64,000 bases of DNA, from the NCBI GenBank assembly GCA_023920165.1, contig CP089278.1:1488001-1552000 (forward strand). The letters are read 5' to 3'. Below the pieces are notes generated by a model. It saw only the letters and a program-made list of their open reading frames with translations. It made no database searches and was not told where the DNA came from. The position numbers and the translations under genes are program-made. The DNA is from Curvularia clavata (taxonomy: Eukaryota). Every line of letters begins with the position of its first letter. Position 1 is the first letter of the stretch. This document shows, piece by piece, positions 11,848 to 25,479 of this stretch.

Positions 11848-14020
11848 TGTTGTGAGGCGGTGCTTGTCAGTTTATGGGAAGGCGCGTGCGTGTTTGTATA
11901 TGTGGGAGTGGTTGGGCAACAGAACAAGTCGAGTAGCGTGGGTAGTTTGCAGAGTAGAACAAAGAGTATAGAGGGGGAAAGCAAGGAAGGGTGGGATGGT
12001 TGATATGCCACTAGGCGCACAGACAGGGTCCCTCCGAGTGTGGTACGTCAGCGGGGTCAATGGCGTGATAAGCGAATCACTCTCTCGCAGGGGAATGGCA
12101 CACTGAAGCAAGCAACGTAGTGTGACAGGAGGCTAGCAGAACAGGCAAAGGGAAGGGGGTCGAAGAGGCAAAGAAAAGCAGGCATGATAGACAGGAGAGC
12201 AATATCGGAGCAGCAGTGCACGTCTTGGCTGCGTAGCCCGAAAAGATAGCCTTTGCGCTAGCGGCCAAAGCGGCCTAGGCCATCTCGTTTCCCCGCAGTG
12301 CTTGAACAAGCCATGTGGATAAAGCGTGTGGTCCATCCGTCTCATGGCCAACCACGTCAACAGGCACCTCGAGCCTAACCGCCGCTCCCCGCAGTCGAGC
12401 CCAGTCGGCCCATCTTCAGGTGCCCACAACGACTATCACGATCATCATAGTGAGTTCTTAGCTGGCACAAGTGCAAGCTTGGTTGCGAGCCACCTTGCCA
12501 CTCACCTGCTCTCCTTAGCGAGTCTCGTCTCGTCTGTATCGGGTCGGATACCATTCGGCTCCATATGCTTTTTCTCCCCGTTTCTTTTTGCCCTTTAATC
12601 GTTCCGTCCCAATGGAAACGGACATGCATGGATCCCCAGGTGCTTTCCTGGCGGGCAGAGTCATGCGGCCAGTGTGAATGGCTATGGCTGTATTGACGGG
12701 GACCGCGGAGTCTCAGGCGGAAGCATCCTTTCGGACACATCGCTTACTGCGGGGGGTTATGCAGCAAGGGTAGAATGGCTGGATTGGGAGACCAGGGTCA
12801 GATGCTCCACGTCTTGCCGTCGACAACTTCTACCACACAACGAATTGCATGCTCCCCATCACCGGCTACCTCGTTGCATTGCTTCCTTTGTTGATACAGA
12901 AAGCATGAGTAGTACTTGTGTAAACATCACGTAAACGCCTAGTGTCAATCATTGGTTGGTAAACCGGATTGGCCGGCCACTTACATGTGCCTATGACGAA
13001 GTAGCTGTACTACACCTAGCCGACGCTTCAATGATTGGTTCTTGTAGACGTCCTATGCCGATAGTCTGGCTTACCCACATTCGGGCTGAGGTCGTGTTTG
13101 AGCTTACACTAACCCCCTACCAAATCTATTCACACGATAGCTTGCAGCGTGCCATGATTCATCCCACCCGTGCTGCTGCATAAACTTCGGCTTTCGTTTG
13201 AAGCATAGTCAGTCATAGACGGGAATAGGCTGCTCAACCATGGACGACACCAGGTCTATGTTGAGTGTCTTGGCATCATCGCAGAAAAGCAACAATCGAC
13301 TCAACTCACCGGAGCCGCTCTGTGCGTTGCAGCTCGGTACGGTGCGGACAAAAAGTCCGCCGTCACCTGATGGTCATGCTCTATGCTGAGACACGGTTGT
13401 TTGATATTGCTCAATGGCTTGCGCCATTCTTGCCTCACAAAGACTTCAAAACCGACAAAACCGAGCTGACGCAGTCAGCGAATTGCTGGTTTCAGTAATA
13501 ATGGGCCTTTGGCGGGAACAAGGCAAGGTTGTATCGTATTTTGCTCAAAAGTATGTACAAAGAGTGTAAGAAGCGAAGCAGATCCCAAGAAGAGTCACCT
13601 GATAAACAGGCCAAAGAAGGGGTACCGGTGAGCATCCAGAAATGGTGAAGGATAGATGAGAAGAGAAGAACAAACAAAGCTCAATCATTCGGTTGGTTTG
13701 CACGCCGAAATCAGTTGGTCGGAAAGAGAAGGTTGCAAAGACGGACCAAAGTCAGACGACCCTCAAAGGAATGAAACCAAAGCAATGAGGCCACGGCTGT
13801 GAACAGTCATAGCTTCACAAGGAATGGTAGGAAGGTAGCAAATTGAAGGAGAAATAAAAGGATACAAAGAAAGGAATGGAAAAAGTGCTAAAGACGCAGT
13901 AGACCGCCAACGCCAATACGCTGACCACAAAGTTCAGAAAACAACCTACCTCTACCCATTCACAGATTCCAACTGTCGACGGGGTTGTAAAATGACAGCT
14001 TCTTTGTCCAAAAGCAGTCA

Positions 14021-15468
14021 TTATTGCATGGTTCTTTTTGGTTCCGGCTCCCGAACCGCAGACCCCGGTCTTTTGCGGGGCTCATAAACAATATTGCGGA
14101 AAGTGCTGATGTACCGGGATGGCGCACCAGACTCCGTAAGTTTCTTCTCGATGCCCAATATGGTCTCCCAATGATTGCGATACACGTCCTCTTGCGGCAA
14201 CGACGCAAGGGCATCCAGGACAAATGGGGTTTCGCCTTCGACAGAGGCGCCGATGAGCGCCATGTAGAGGTTGTTCTGGATCGGATCAGAGGGCGCCTCC
14301 CACTTCCATGTAATGTTCTCATATGCATTCTCGTTACGATCTGTGACATAGTCGAGGATCCTAATGAGAGCTGCGGCTGCCCGTACAGCAACATCTTCAA
14401 CTTGCGACTGGTCCTGATAAAACTCGTCAATGGCATAGACCAGTGACTTGAGCTTCTTCGCACAGCTGGGTACGTCGAAGCGCAGTGTGCCCGGAAACAA
14501 ATTCGTCGTCGGACCCTTGGCGATGTACTCCTCCAAGGCGTTGAAGGTCAGCATGATGCGGTTGTCAATCTTCTCAAAGAAAACACGGCTTTCAAAGTCT
14601 GGATCGATTATCTTCCGCACTCGAAGATACAAGCTAGGGTCTCTGTTTGCATATTCAGTGATAAGATCCGCAAAATCCTGATACTTTTTCGAGCGCTCAG
14701 ATGTCAGTGGCGACTCGGGGCATTTAAACTCCCCTGGCAGGACTTCTTGAGGGGCGAAGCAAGAAAGCATGTCGGTGATTGCGTTCCTCATGTCATCATC
14801 GTCCTCAGGGATGTCATCATCTTGGTAAACCCACTGAAGATCGCTAGCAATGGTTGCAAGGCCTTTGGTGTCCAGTATGTTGTCCGGCTTAATGTCCTCG
14901 ATCTTAGAGCCGTCTGGTGAAAGATGAAGAGGTGTCTTCACTATGTTGTCGGATGTGGTTGATATGATCTGGTCCCCAACCCAATATATATGCTTCAGAT
15001 GACATTTAGTTTGTTGTTCAGAGCCACGTGGATGAACGGCCATACCTTGCACGCAATTCCCTTCTCATTCGCACCGCACGAGCATCTTGGTGTCTGCAAT
15101 GCTCCTCCTATGGCTACCGTGATGTCGTCGTCAAGATAAAAGTACTTTTTGGAGCTTCCGTCCGGGCTGTCTTCGTCGTCCGACATGGCACAGTATTTCA
15201 TTCTGATGTCTTTACCTTCGAGTCCCTTCCTCGCCCTTCTGCGCAGATCGTTGTCGAAAGCTGAGACATTGTACTGTAGATTCTTGGTAGATATGACAAG
15301 TGAGGGCGTCGGAGAAACAGTAGGCTCGACAGATGGTAGTGGCTGATCCTGATTGGAACTCTCTGACTTTGACGACTGTGAGTTGGCTCTTGCTGCCTTT
15401 GCAGCTCTGGCACGAGTGGTTACCATGTCCCCTCCAAGAGAGAGTCTTGAGAATTGCTCTGCTGACAT
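14021..15468 (-). CDS. SWIM zinc-finger domain protein (464 aa; intron 14993-15045)
   Basis: Splicing joins CSCGANEKGIACK|HIYW, the CxCxnCxH SWIM motif. Donor GTATGG, acceptor AAG. Confidence 0.85.
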
Positions 15469-17326
15469 GAGCGCCTTCGTATTGGAATACGTTCATACTA
15501 GAAGTCCAGTTGAGGACCTATATACCAACCCAGCATCCCCAGATCCACGCCACAACCCAGCTGATCCATCGTGTAGGCAGAACAAACGGCCCATCTCACA
15601 ACGGCGCTTAAGGAGGAGGCCCATCCGTGCCTCAGAGCGTTGAGACGTATGGAGCGGACGTGGCTTGCTCGGGGGCAGCCGAAGTAGAGGAGAAAAAATG
15701 TCGACGCCGCAGTTCTGCCTGACATACTAGAGCGAGGGTGGTGTTATGATGACGAGTCTTTGCCGCAAAGCCGCATACATTGGTGTCTTTGTTGCGTCAA
15801 TTGTCTCCTTGTAGACAGCATAACTGGCATAATATCCACTTTCTGGTCGAAATCTCTGGGCACGCGCCAGTTACGCCGCACCAGGAGGCGTGGTGCCCAG
15901 TCTGCTTGCTTCGAAGCGATACGGCCTTAGCCCTTTAGGGTTAAATTAAGGGCGGGCTGTGAGCGAGGGATTGCCTTGTCCAGAGAATTATCGTGTTTTG
16001 CCGCCGTGCCTTAATCTCACAAATGCCGCTAAATGGTCCAGCTCAGTTATCGCGGGCTGGTTTGTGGTGATAATGCAAGGCACAGCTTTCGCGCACCGCA
16101 GCGGGGGCGAGGCTCGTGATCCAGCTTGCAGCAGGAACAACAGTTGATGCACACGCGAATGCGAGGCCAAGAGGCTATACGCGAAAGTGCTTGTTGCCTC
16201 GGATAAGCAGCAGAACGGAGAACACGGCAGCGAGCTTTGATGAGGTTGTAGGCAGCGATGGTCTGTGATGGCAGCAAGTCCGGCATTGACGTTAGACTAG
16301 CTTTTGCTCAGCCTTGCGGCGGCACCGAAACCCTGCAACCATCAGTTACTAGTTGAACTTCAGCCTGTCTAAGGCTGACTGAAGTGGCAGGCGTATCACC
16401 CTTCTGGTTAAGCTTCTGGCTGCGTCAGTGAGTATCCGATGCGCACCACACGTCGGCGACGCCCACAACCCTGAGGGTGCCTTGGGTCGCACATTGGAGG
16501 CCTAGGCAACTCTCAAGTTCCCACTCAAGCCAAAATATTCATGACGCATACTGGCGCTTTATGGTAGTGTTTATTTTAGAAGCAGAGTGGCTCAGCAACG
16601 AAACCATGTTCCATTAGGAAATGGCAGTGTCATGGCGCGGTTGACCTGAAGATTAGGTCGCCTGTCCATCAAAGCGCGCTGACCGTTCACGCCTCAGACT
16701 GTAATCGATTCACGAACTCCAACGCTGAAGGAACTTGATATCCGGGAATATCATGGATTAGCGAGGCGGGGCAGATTTGCGCCTCTCGCAGAGAAAGGCT
16801 CTGAGTCGGCCATTCAGACGATTCGAGTAACCGCCGCGAGTAAGAGGGAAGCGGAACAGCCCCCGAACAACAACAACGACGACCACGGAGTGGCCATGTA
16901 TGTAAGCCCCGAATTGAGACAAGCCCCCAACTCGTTCGGCATGGCAGGTGTGTTGGTGGAGAAGGAGTTGGTGATCTGCGGGCATCATCGTATCCTTCCA
17001 GCGTTTGGTGGTGATACCATGACACCTCCAAAGTGCCCATGACTTGACATTTGAGTTCACTAGGGCGGAGGAGGTGGCATAGGAGGCCCGGAATTTTGAG
17101 ATCAGTAATGAGTTCTAGGTTTTTGGATGCCTCGGACGTTCGAAATCTATCGGGTTTGTTCGCTCATACTCGTTCTACTTTGCAAGAGAGCTCGGCCTGA
17201 AGAGTCAGCGCGTTCGGATTAAAATCAAGAAAGGCGTATTCACGCCGAAGCCTTACCTGTTGTCTTTGTTTCTATGAAGAAAACGCTGTGCTGTATACAG
17301 CCATCATTCGCGTCTCTTGGTGGGTT

Positions 17327-17737
17327 TCAATGGCTGCGCTTTCCTTGTTCAACCATGTGTCTCATGGAAAAGCCACCCCAGGGTAGACCAGAAAGATTTT
17401 GGTTTGTGTCGATGCTTCCCAGCTCCGGTGGTGCATATGAGCTTCCCGCTTTCTGTCGGTTCTCCAACTCTCGCTCTGCCTCTTCCTTCTGCTCTTTGAT
17501 TTTATCACCGGCGGAACGGTCAGCAGAAAGCATTCAAGTTGAAGGAAAACACTCACGAAGTCTTCTTTGAGCTAGTTTGTTTTGTATCTTCCGTCGCTCC
17601 TTGGGGTCACTGACATCTGACCAGACATCTTTGTCAATTTCTGAAGACTGCTGATTAGTCCCAGAATGCTCTCGAGCAGACGACACTGGCTGCTGAGAAC
17701 TGGAATGCTGACCCTGCCCTATTGTATCGGTACACAT
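17327..17737 (-). pseudogene. Small fungal bZIP-type transcription factor gene, apparently degenerating
   Basis: Basic region WSDVSDPKERRKIQNKLAQRRL is followed by a charged helix and SGLPWGG. The expected intron acceptor at 17509-17511 reads CCG rather than YAG, the ORF stops early (GKRSH*), and no clean first exon is visible. Confidence 0.55.
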
Positions 17738-20641
17738 GAGCAGAAAACTGTCTGATTTCGAGGTAGATTAGATCTGTATATCGCTGGCACGTCAATCTCA
17801 ACCGTGTGTTGTGTCAGTCCGAGCTAGGAGAAATGACGGACGGACATGTGCTTGATCAAGTTGTGCCAGGTATTTTTCGGTATGTTTGACAATGGTACAA
17901 AATGAAGTGCGTTGTATGTAACCTTTGGGCACCCGAGGAGTATTTGTACTATGATTCATTGGTGCTGCAACCGCATACTAAGGTTATATAGGATTTAGCA
18001 TCGGATTTTTGAGATAATATCCAGTACCGGCATCCTTCGGTAAAGTCCAGAGAAGTTCATGGTGTTCCGATGTGGGTACATTGGTGGAGGATTCCATGCC
18101 CCTGAAATGAAGTGACAATTAAGGTAGCAACAGATTCTGGATACGAGAATTGTGGAGAGTAAGCTCTCTCACCAACTGCTGAAGGAATTCTAGAAGAACA
18201 GGGGTTACTGCCATAGAGGCTGAACATTCCATAGAGGCTTGACCTGTCAGCTCAGCTGGTACGAATCGAGTAATTATTGTTCATGAATGCTCATGCTTAA
18301 ACCCGAGATCGGAAATCCTTAGCAGCCGCTAAAATGCGATTGGCGCTTGCGTATGCTACACTAAACCCTCAGATGTTAGTCAAAGGTAGATAGGGATCTG
18401 CTGAAGTTCGTGCTATATCGTTTTTGATCAGGAGGTGAGATCAGACCAGCCGCCTTGCCGATGAGTTGCCGTATACGAGGTAGCATTTTAGGTTCAGGCA
18501 AACCAGTGGGAAGCGATAACCTTGATGAGGCTCTCGTAGAGGCAGTGTTTCAGCCCCATGCTTTCGGGGCCCGAGGTGGCTTTGTCAGTACTTGTTCCAG
18601 CCCTGGATATCATATGAATGCAAGACGCTTGCTCAGAAATATTGCAAATACGACAGGGAAAACATAGGTATCCATGATCTTATGTTGAAAGCGTGACGAC
18701 GTGATATGTAGCGACCATATGGATTGCCCATGGTTCCAAGCGATATCGTGGATGATGGGCGACAATGGCAATTGGCTTGGTACGAGTAGATCTAAGGACA
18801 CGAGGTCATGCATGGAGGAGTGAGGAACAGATGGTAGGCAGCCATAGTGGAAGCTGCTGTCGGTATTTGACTCGCTAAGCCTGACGTGGGCGACTAAGGA
18901 CGCGCAACTACGGCTGATTCGACCAGCCGTGGCAGCTATATGCGGCTCAAGTGTTTTCTGACCGCTGTGCTCATCAGGCCCCTATGCACTGACCCCGCAG
19001 CATGGACATTCGCCTGCCCTTGTTGGCAAGGCCAGGTGCAACAACAGTAATAGTGAAGATGACGTGATTGCTCTTTTGGCGCTCAGCTCAACATGTTTGG
19101 CACGACAGAATGCAGGTGCTGTTATGCCGCAGAGCGATCCTTTAGTTCGCCGAGAGACTTTATTGTACACTATTGTGGTCGAATCGTATACATCTCGATA
19201 AAACGGTATAGCACGTGACCATCGGCGCTGACAAGCTGGACTTCTGATGGCACATACACCGTAGCAAAGTAACCGTTGCATTGCGACAGGTTGGCACGGC
19301 TGGATCAAAGCCCTTTGCATCTGCGGCTTATCACCGTTTTCGTCTGAAGTATTCCCGGATGTCTCAAGCACAATCACGTGCATCATGAGCTGATGTGCTG
19401 GGGCAGTTTCGACAGGAACTAGCCACACAGGAACCATGTGGGCGATTCACTTGAATGGCTGACGAGCTTATCGCAACACGGCGAACGAATCAAGAAAGGA
19501 ATGTATGTCAAAATATAGTCCTACACATCTAACAAGATGGCAATGGGTAGGGTGGAGAAGACACGGCTCTGCTAAAAACCAATTTCAATCTTCCACCGAG
19601 AGAAAATGTTGCTTCCCAGGCCATAGAGAGCTGAACCCGGGAGCAGGCAATGGTGGGTCAACAGCGAGCATCGTGTGTGCCGACAGCAGCAGCACCTCAA
19701 CGAACGACAGACATGAATGGTTCGCGATACAAGGCATGTGCTGTGGGCGGCAGACGAAAGCTGCTGTTGTGTTGTTGTTTGTGGGCAGAAGAAGAGCACG
19801 GCGCCGGTTTTCTGAGGTGGTAAAAATCATCCCCGCTCGGACCCCGGCTTTGTCAGCAGCCTTGGCGGCGCCCAGTTGAAATTCTCGTGGCAGCTCGGCC
19901 TCGTGTTTCCTTCTCTACACACAATCATAAAAAATGGACGATTAATCAACGGCTATAACGAGCTGCTCATCTCTATAGTTGTCATATTTGCGTCTTAGAT
20001 GAAACCGGCACTTTTAGGCTTTTTGCTACCAATTCCATGTTGCTTGAAGCCACCTGCGTGACCATACATACCTTCTTGTGCGAAGCCATCGTGTTGCTGA
20101 CAAAGGAGCGGCGGCACTGGGTGTGTCTGCCAGTGTCAACGGCTAACGGACGGCCCTTGTGAAGCTTTGGCGGCAGCATTGGCGGCTCGTCAAGTATGAG
20201 CATACCAAACGCCATAACAGAGTGTGTCCATGTCTTGTCGTCTCTGTGCTGCCCATAGCTCCGTCGCCCTGTGCCCAAACGCATGGCACCATGACGAAGC
20301 CTCTGGTGGAGCGCAAGCACGCTCAGACAGGGGCGTTGCTGTACATAGACCCGAACCGCCGAGACGCAGGGTTCGAGCTTTGTGCGATGCCATGTGTGAA
20401 GCTGGAACACATGGGCTATTCGTCATCGTGTTTGAACTAACAACCCCTTCACGGCCTCCCCTTCTCTGCTCATGTCCACATCTGCCATGGAAACATACTT
20501 TTTCTAGCCATCCAACCCACGCGCCACCTGCCGCTCTCGAGCCCCCTTTCTCCCCGCGCATTGCTCCCGTGCACCTTCAACCGATCAATCCCCGATTCTG
20601 CCCTCCGCCGCCCAACCGCTTCCTCACACCACACCACCACC

Positions 20642-22711
20642 ATGGCGTCTGCCCTGAACAAACGCCAGCAGGCGCGTAACGAGCGCACACTGCAGGAGCT
20701 GATAAAGACTGTGCCGGGCAACAGCACCTGCGCAGACTGCGGCGCGCGGAATCCAGGTATGTAACCCCAGGCGCATGCTCCTCGACACGTACTGACAACG
20801 ACTATGCAGGATGGGCAAGCTGGAGCGTGAGTTTTCCCTGCTCTCCAAACCGTCGCCGATTCACCGACCACAAATCTGAGACTGACATGTACTGTAGCTC
20901 GGCATCTTTCTGTGCATGCGATGCGCAGCCTTGCATCGCAAGCTGGGAACGCACATTTCCAAAGTCAAATCGCTGAGCATGGACAAGTGGGACAACGCCC
21001 AGGTGGATGTAAGAACCTTGAGACTCAGTATCGCCGGCACGGGTGCTGATCAATCCTGTAGAATATGAAGCGCATTGGCAACATCGAGTCCAACAAGACA
21101 TACAACCCCCGTAATGTCAAGCCGCAAATACCCATCGACATCGACGAGGTAGACGGTGCCATGGAAAGGTACATAAGAGCAAAATATGAGCAGAGGATAT
21201 ATCTGCAAGATTCACGGCCAGGCACGCGACAAAACACGGGCAGCACAAGCTCAGAAGACAGACCACCGCCACTCCCGCCCAAGCCCAGTGGTCGCTTTGG
21301 ATTCGGGCTGCGCAAAGTAGCAACTTCCCCACGCAACATAACGCCGCCCATCTCTCCAGGACTAGAGGGCTTCCAGCAAGAAACTTCACCTCCCCGAGTA
21401 AACAAGCCCTCGAGGGTGTTTGGCTCCAACGTCCATACTTCAGGCGACGGCATGGACTCGAAACTAGCCACTCTTCGCGACATGGGCTTCCCAGACGAGA
21501 AGCGTAATTCCACGGTATTGAAGGGACTGAATGGCAATCTGGACCGAGCAGTGGAGGCCTTGATTCGACTGGGCGAGCAGAATCCTGTGAAATCAAGAGG
21601 TAGCACGCCAACTCCGCCTACGAAGCCCACGGCCAACGGCCTATCTTTTGATACGGTTACCCCTTCGTCGTCTACCAATCCCTTTGATGCTTTAGACGCA
21701 CAAGCGCAGGCTCCGCAGCCGCAGCAAACATATCCTCCGGCTTCTTATAACCCATTCTTATCACAGGCATCGCAAGGCTATACTCAGCAACAAGTCCCGC
21801 AGCAGCAACAGCAACAGCAGAGCATGGTTTACCAACAGAATCCCTGGGGACAGCAGCAACAGAATCTTGAACAGTCCTTCCAGGGTATGAGTCTGCAACC
21901 TCAGCAGCCTCTGTTTCCAAACCGAACCGGTGGCCATGGGCAATCACAACCTGCTCCATACGCTCAAACGAACCCATACCTCCAATCTTTTACTCCGCCT
22001 CCTGTACAAACCGCTGGGCAATACAACTCGTACTATACCCCACAGCAGCCACAATACCAATCCATGTCGAATCCTTCGAGCCCAGGGAACCCCTTCTTGA
22101 AATCGTCTCAAAGTCAAATATTCACCCCTGGAGACGTAGCAAACTTGAATCCTTTTGGGCAGTCATCCTTTTATCAGCAGGCAACGCAGCAACAGTCGAT
22201 TCCATCTCAACAGCAGATGCCTAATCCGTGGTCGCAGCAGCAACAGCAACAGCAGCTACAGCAACAAACCCAAGCTTCGGCCCCTCAACCAGCAAATCCC
22301 TGGCAAACCCAATCTAGCTACCAGAATCAGAACCCTGCTCAGAATTACCAGACACAACAGCAAAGCTTCCAGAATCAACAGCAGTTGTACCAGCAACAAA
22401 GCTCCAACCCGTTTGATAAGAACGCTTCGATTCTCTCCCTGTACAACCAACCACAGGCAGCACCTCAGCAACCAGTACAGCAACAAGCCCAACCGACAGC
22501 TGTACAAACTCCAATACCTGCTGCACCGGCAGTCGGCCAGTCGAATCCATTTGCAACCATGTCCGCTGCGCCTCAATCTCAGCCATTATCAGCTGCTCAG
22601 ACGCCTGGGGTGAGACATGTCAGTAATGAGAGCGTGGATTTCTCTGGGCTGATGGGTGGGCGACACTCACCTGATGCCTTCTCAGGCTTGAGCTCCAGCT
22701 TCAGACGATGA
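20642..22711 (+). CDS. ArfGAP + UBA domain protein with Gln-rich NPF-repeat tail (Gts1-like; 3 introns)
   Basis: CADCGARNPG|WASWS|LGIFLCMRCAALHRKLGTHISKVKSLSMD is the ArfGAP Zn finger. LRDMGF...NLDRAVEAL is UBA-like. Six NPF motifs follow. Confidence 0.92.
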
Positions 22712-23343
22712 ACGTTCTCACTGGACTGCACCGTCTTGATATGCAGCTAGAGTAGGTCGTTTTATCTTTATTTTGGGAGGAGTTAATATTGGATGTATTG
22801 AATGAGCGTTCGAGGAAAGTTCCTGGGAAGTTTGAGAGACAGGCTTGTTGTATGATACCTGGTGGGTAAAAGCTGTGCCGCATTACCTATGACGATGATT
22901 GCTATCTCATTCCATTGAGCCCGCACAGTAGAGAGTGATCACTTGGACGCCACATCAGCGTGTGGTCCATAGTGTTCGTATCTTGGTCAAGCTGGTGATT
23001 GCGGACGAATGTACCTTCTGTAGCCGTTTGCGTTGGGTCTTCCATTTTGTAGTTGTTCTTTCGCTAGGTTAGACTAGTATTAATTACACGGCCTGATAAT
23101 CACAGGCAATTTCTCCTTGCGTATAGTGGATAGATTATTCGATTCACGTGCAAGCGTGGCTTGAGTTCGCGTCTACGTCATACCTGTCTGAACCCGCGTA
23201 CCTGATCTTGAACTTCATGCGCTACGTTAGCATCTTCCCACTCTTCGTTAACCAGAAGACTTGTTTATCGCTTTACTCAAACTGCCTTGTGTCTAGACTC
23301 CAGGACGCCTTACTTGTAGACTGCTCATCGACCAAGCAGCATC

Positions 23344-24222
23344 ATGGGTGAGTTCTACAGCAGCCTAGTAGCTACAACAGCCAGCTGACAGCGTACAACA
23401 GCCTCCGTAGACTACTGTAAGATTGCCTTGAGATGCCCTGTAGCGCCATATTCTCACGCAACAGCACAGACAAGGTCCTCGACATTGACCCCAAAGCGTC
23501 ACAACAGCAAATCCGAGATGCCTACAAGAAGTACTGCCCTGCCCCTCTCCTTCTCCCTTCCAACTGAAAGAACCACACTCTAACACAAGTACCATTACAG
23601 AGCAGCACTAAAACACCACCCCGACCGCGTCCCTGCCGACTCTCCGGAGCGCGCAAGCCGCACTAAGCGCTTCCAGCAAATCAACGATGCATACTATACC
23701 CTCTCTGACGCCACTCGCCGCCGCGACTACGATGCCGCACGCACATACAACAGCTTCACAGGCAGCACCGCAACACCTGAACCAGACTTTGACGAAGAAA
23801 TCCCCAACCAAGCTGGCGGCAGCAGCGCTGGATTTGCCCAAGGCTTCCCCTGGTCTGCATTTGGCTTTGGGTCCGCGCCCGCGGGCACGACAGAAGAAAC
23901 GCACAACCGCTTCTCTGAAGAGCAGTTTGGCGGTATCTTTGAAGAAATGTTGCGGGAAGAAGGTATGGCGGATGATGAGGCGCACCCGACAGGCAAGTTT
24001 TGGAGCTTTGTGGGTGGGCTGAGTGGCGCCGCCATGGGCTTCATAGTAGCAAATTTCCCAGGTATGGTGGCGGGGGCCGTGGCGGGGAATCGCCTGGGTG
24101 CGGTAAGGGATGCAAAGGGGAAGAGTGTGTATGCGGTTTTTCAGGAGTTGCCGCAGGCAGAGAAGGCCAAGTTGTTGGGGAATCTTGCGAGCAAGGTGTT
24201 TGCGAACGTAGTTTCTGCGTAA
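23344..24222 (+). CDS. DnaJ (J-domain) protein with C-terminal Gly-rich hydrophobic segment (3 introns)
   Basis: Spliced M|ASVDY|YKVLDIDPKASQQQIRDAYK|KAALKHHPD...FQQINDAYYTLSD, containing the HPD motif. Confidence 0.9.
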
Positions 24223-24951
24223 GAGGGCGGGACGGATATAGAGTTCTGGGAGTTTGGGGTGGTCTTGTAATTGATGGGAAAGGGAAATGTCTTGCGGGTG
24301 ATGACTATACAATGACGATGGCTTGGAGAGTTCCTTTTTCGGACCTTTTAGGTAGTTTTGATATTGAGTTTAGAGATAAATATGACATGTGGCATTTCTC
24401 TCACACTTCAGCAGACGAGCAAGCGGCATGTTCGAACACAAATAAACAAAAACCTATATGTATTGCAATTGCATCTCCTGCACCAGTGTAACACAAAGGC
24501 TACCTGTTCAAGAGGGAGGGATATCTCTAAAGCCTTTTTTTTGAAGCACCGAAAGGAAAAAAAAGGGTCTGACAATAAAAATAAAACAGGATGAAAAGAA
24601 AAGAAAGAACACCATAGTGTACACATGGGTGTCCCTTCTACAATATGCCCAACAACCCTGTTCCGAAATGTGTCCATGTCATAAAGTCGTACCCAAGCCA
24701 CGCATTTCACGTCCAACTCTCTTCTAAACACAAGTGTTTATCTTCCAAGCTCTTCCTCGTCCTAAAAGCACAATAAGCATTCTCCACCCACATACTGGGC
24801 CAAACGACCAGACCAAGAGCGAGAGGAGCAAGAACATCTCAAATCGGCGGAAACCCGTCTCTGGAAAAATTGCCCACGACTCTCGCAATGGTGAAAACAT
24901 TCTCAGCCGTTCCTAAAAGGTAACTCGTCAACCCTTCTCTTCTTATGTCTT

Positions 24952-25479
24952 TTAGACAAACTTTGACGCCATACTCGCCAGGGTCGCGAGGCCGCCGATG
25001 CCGCCGGCCACCTTGTCCATGTCGATATTCTGCAGACTAGCCATCATGCCGCCGCCGCCGTTTGCGTTGCCAGAGCGCTGGCTCGAGGTGTATGTTTCGC
25101 GGCCGTAGCCCTGGCTGCCGTAGTATCCGCCCGCGGTATTTCCCCTGTGCGATGGCGCAGCGTGGCGGCTGCCGCCGGGCAGGTTGACGCCGAATTGGCG
25201 GGCGAGCTTGTGCAGGACACCACCGGAGACGAGGGGCATGATGATCATGAAGAAGACTTTGTAAGGGTGGCGCTGGGCATAGCGCCAGATTTCGCGCAGA
25301 AAGTGCTGTAGCTTCTTGTACAGATGCTGGATGTAGTTGTCGCGGGGTGAGCGCTTGTACCGTGACGTCGAGCTGTGGTGGCGCGACGATGACGAGTACG
25401 AGGATGAGGCATAGCCTGGGCGGTAGGACGAGGAGCGCCGGTTGGGCGATGTCGAAAAGGGGTTCCAGCTGTTGCCCAT
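24952..25479 (-). CDS. Hypothetical Ser/Gly-rich small membrane protein
   Basis: ORF from MGNSWNPF in an ACCATGG context, GC-rich third codon positions, one hydrophobic segment (VFFMIIMPLVSGGVL). Confidence 0.75.
   Translation of the reverse strand: MGNSWNPFSTSPNRRSSSYRPGYASSSYSSSSRHHSSTSRYKRSPRDNYIQHLYKKLQHFLREIWRYAQRHPYKVFFMIIMPLVSGGVLHKLARQFGVNLPGGSRHAAPSHRGNTAGGYYGSQGYGRETYTSSQRSGNANGGGGMMASLQNIDMDKVAGGIGGLATLASMASKFV

Noticed and set aside
15935..15943. TTAGGGTTA telomere-like motif
   Set aside because: Only about 1.5 units; expected by chance.
16687..17060. Short ORFs downstream of the bZIP gene
   Set aside because: No coherent protein signal; probably UTR or intergenic sequence.
18249..18261. 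AGCTCAGCTGGTA resembling a tRNA D-arm/A-box
   Set aside because: No T-arm/B-box or acceptor stem follows.
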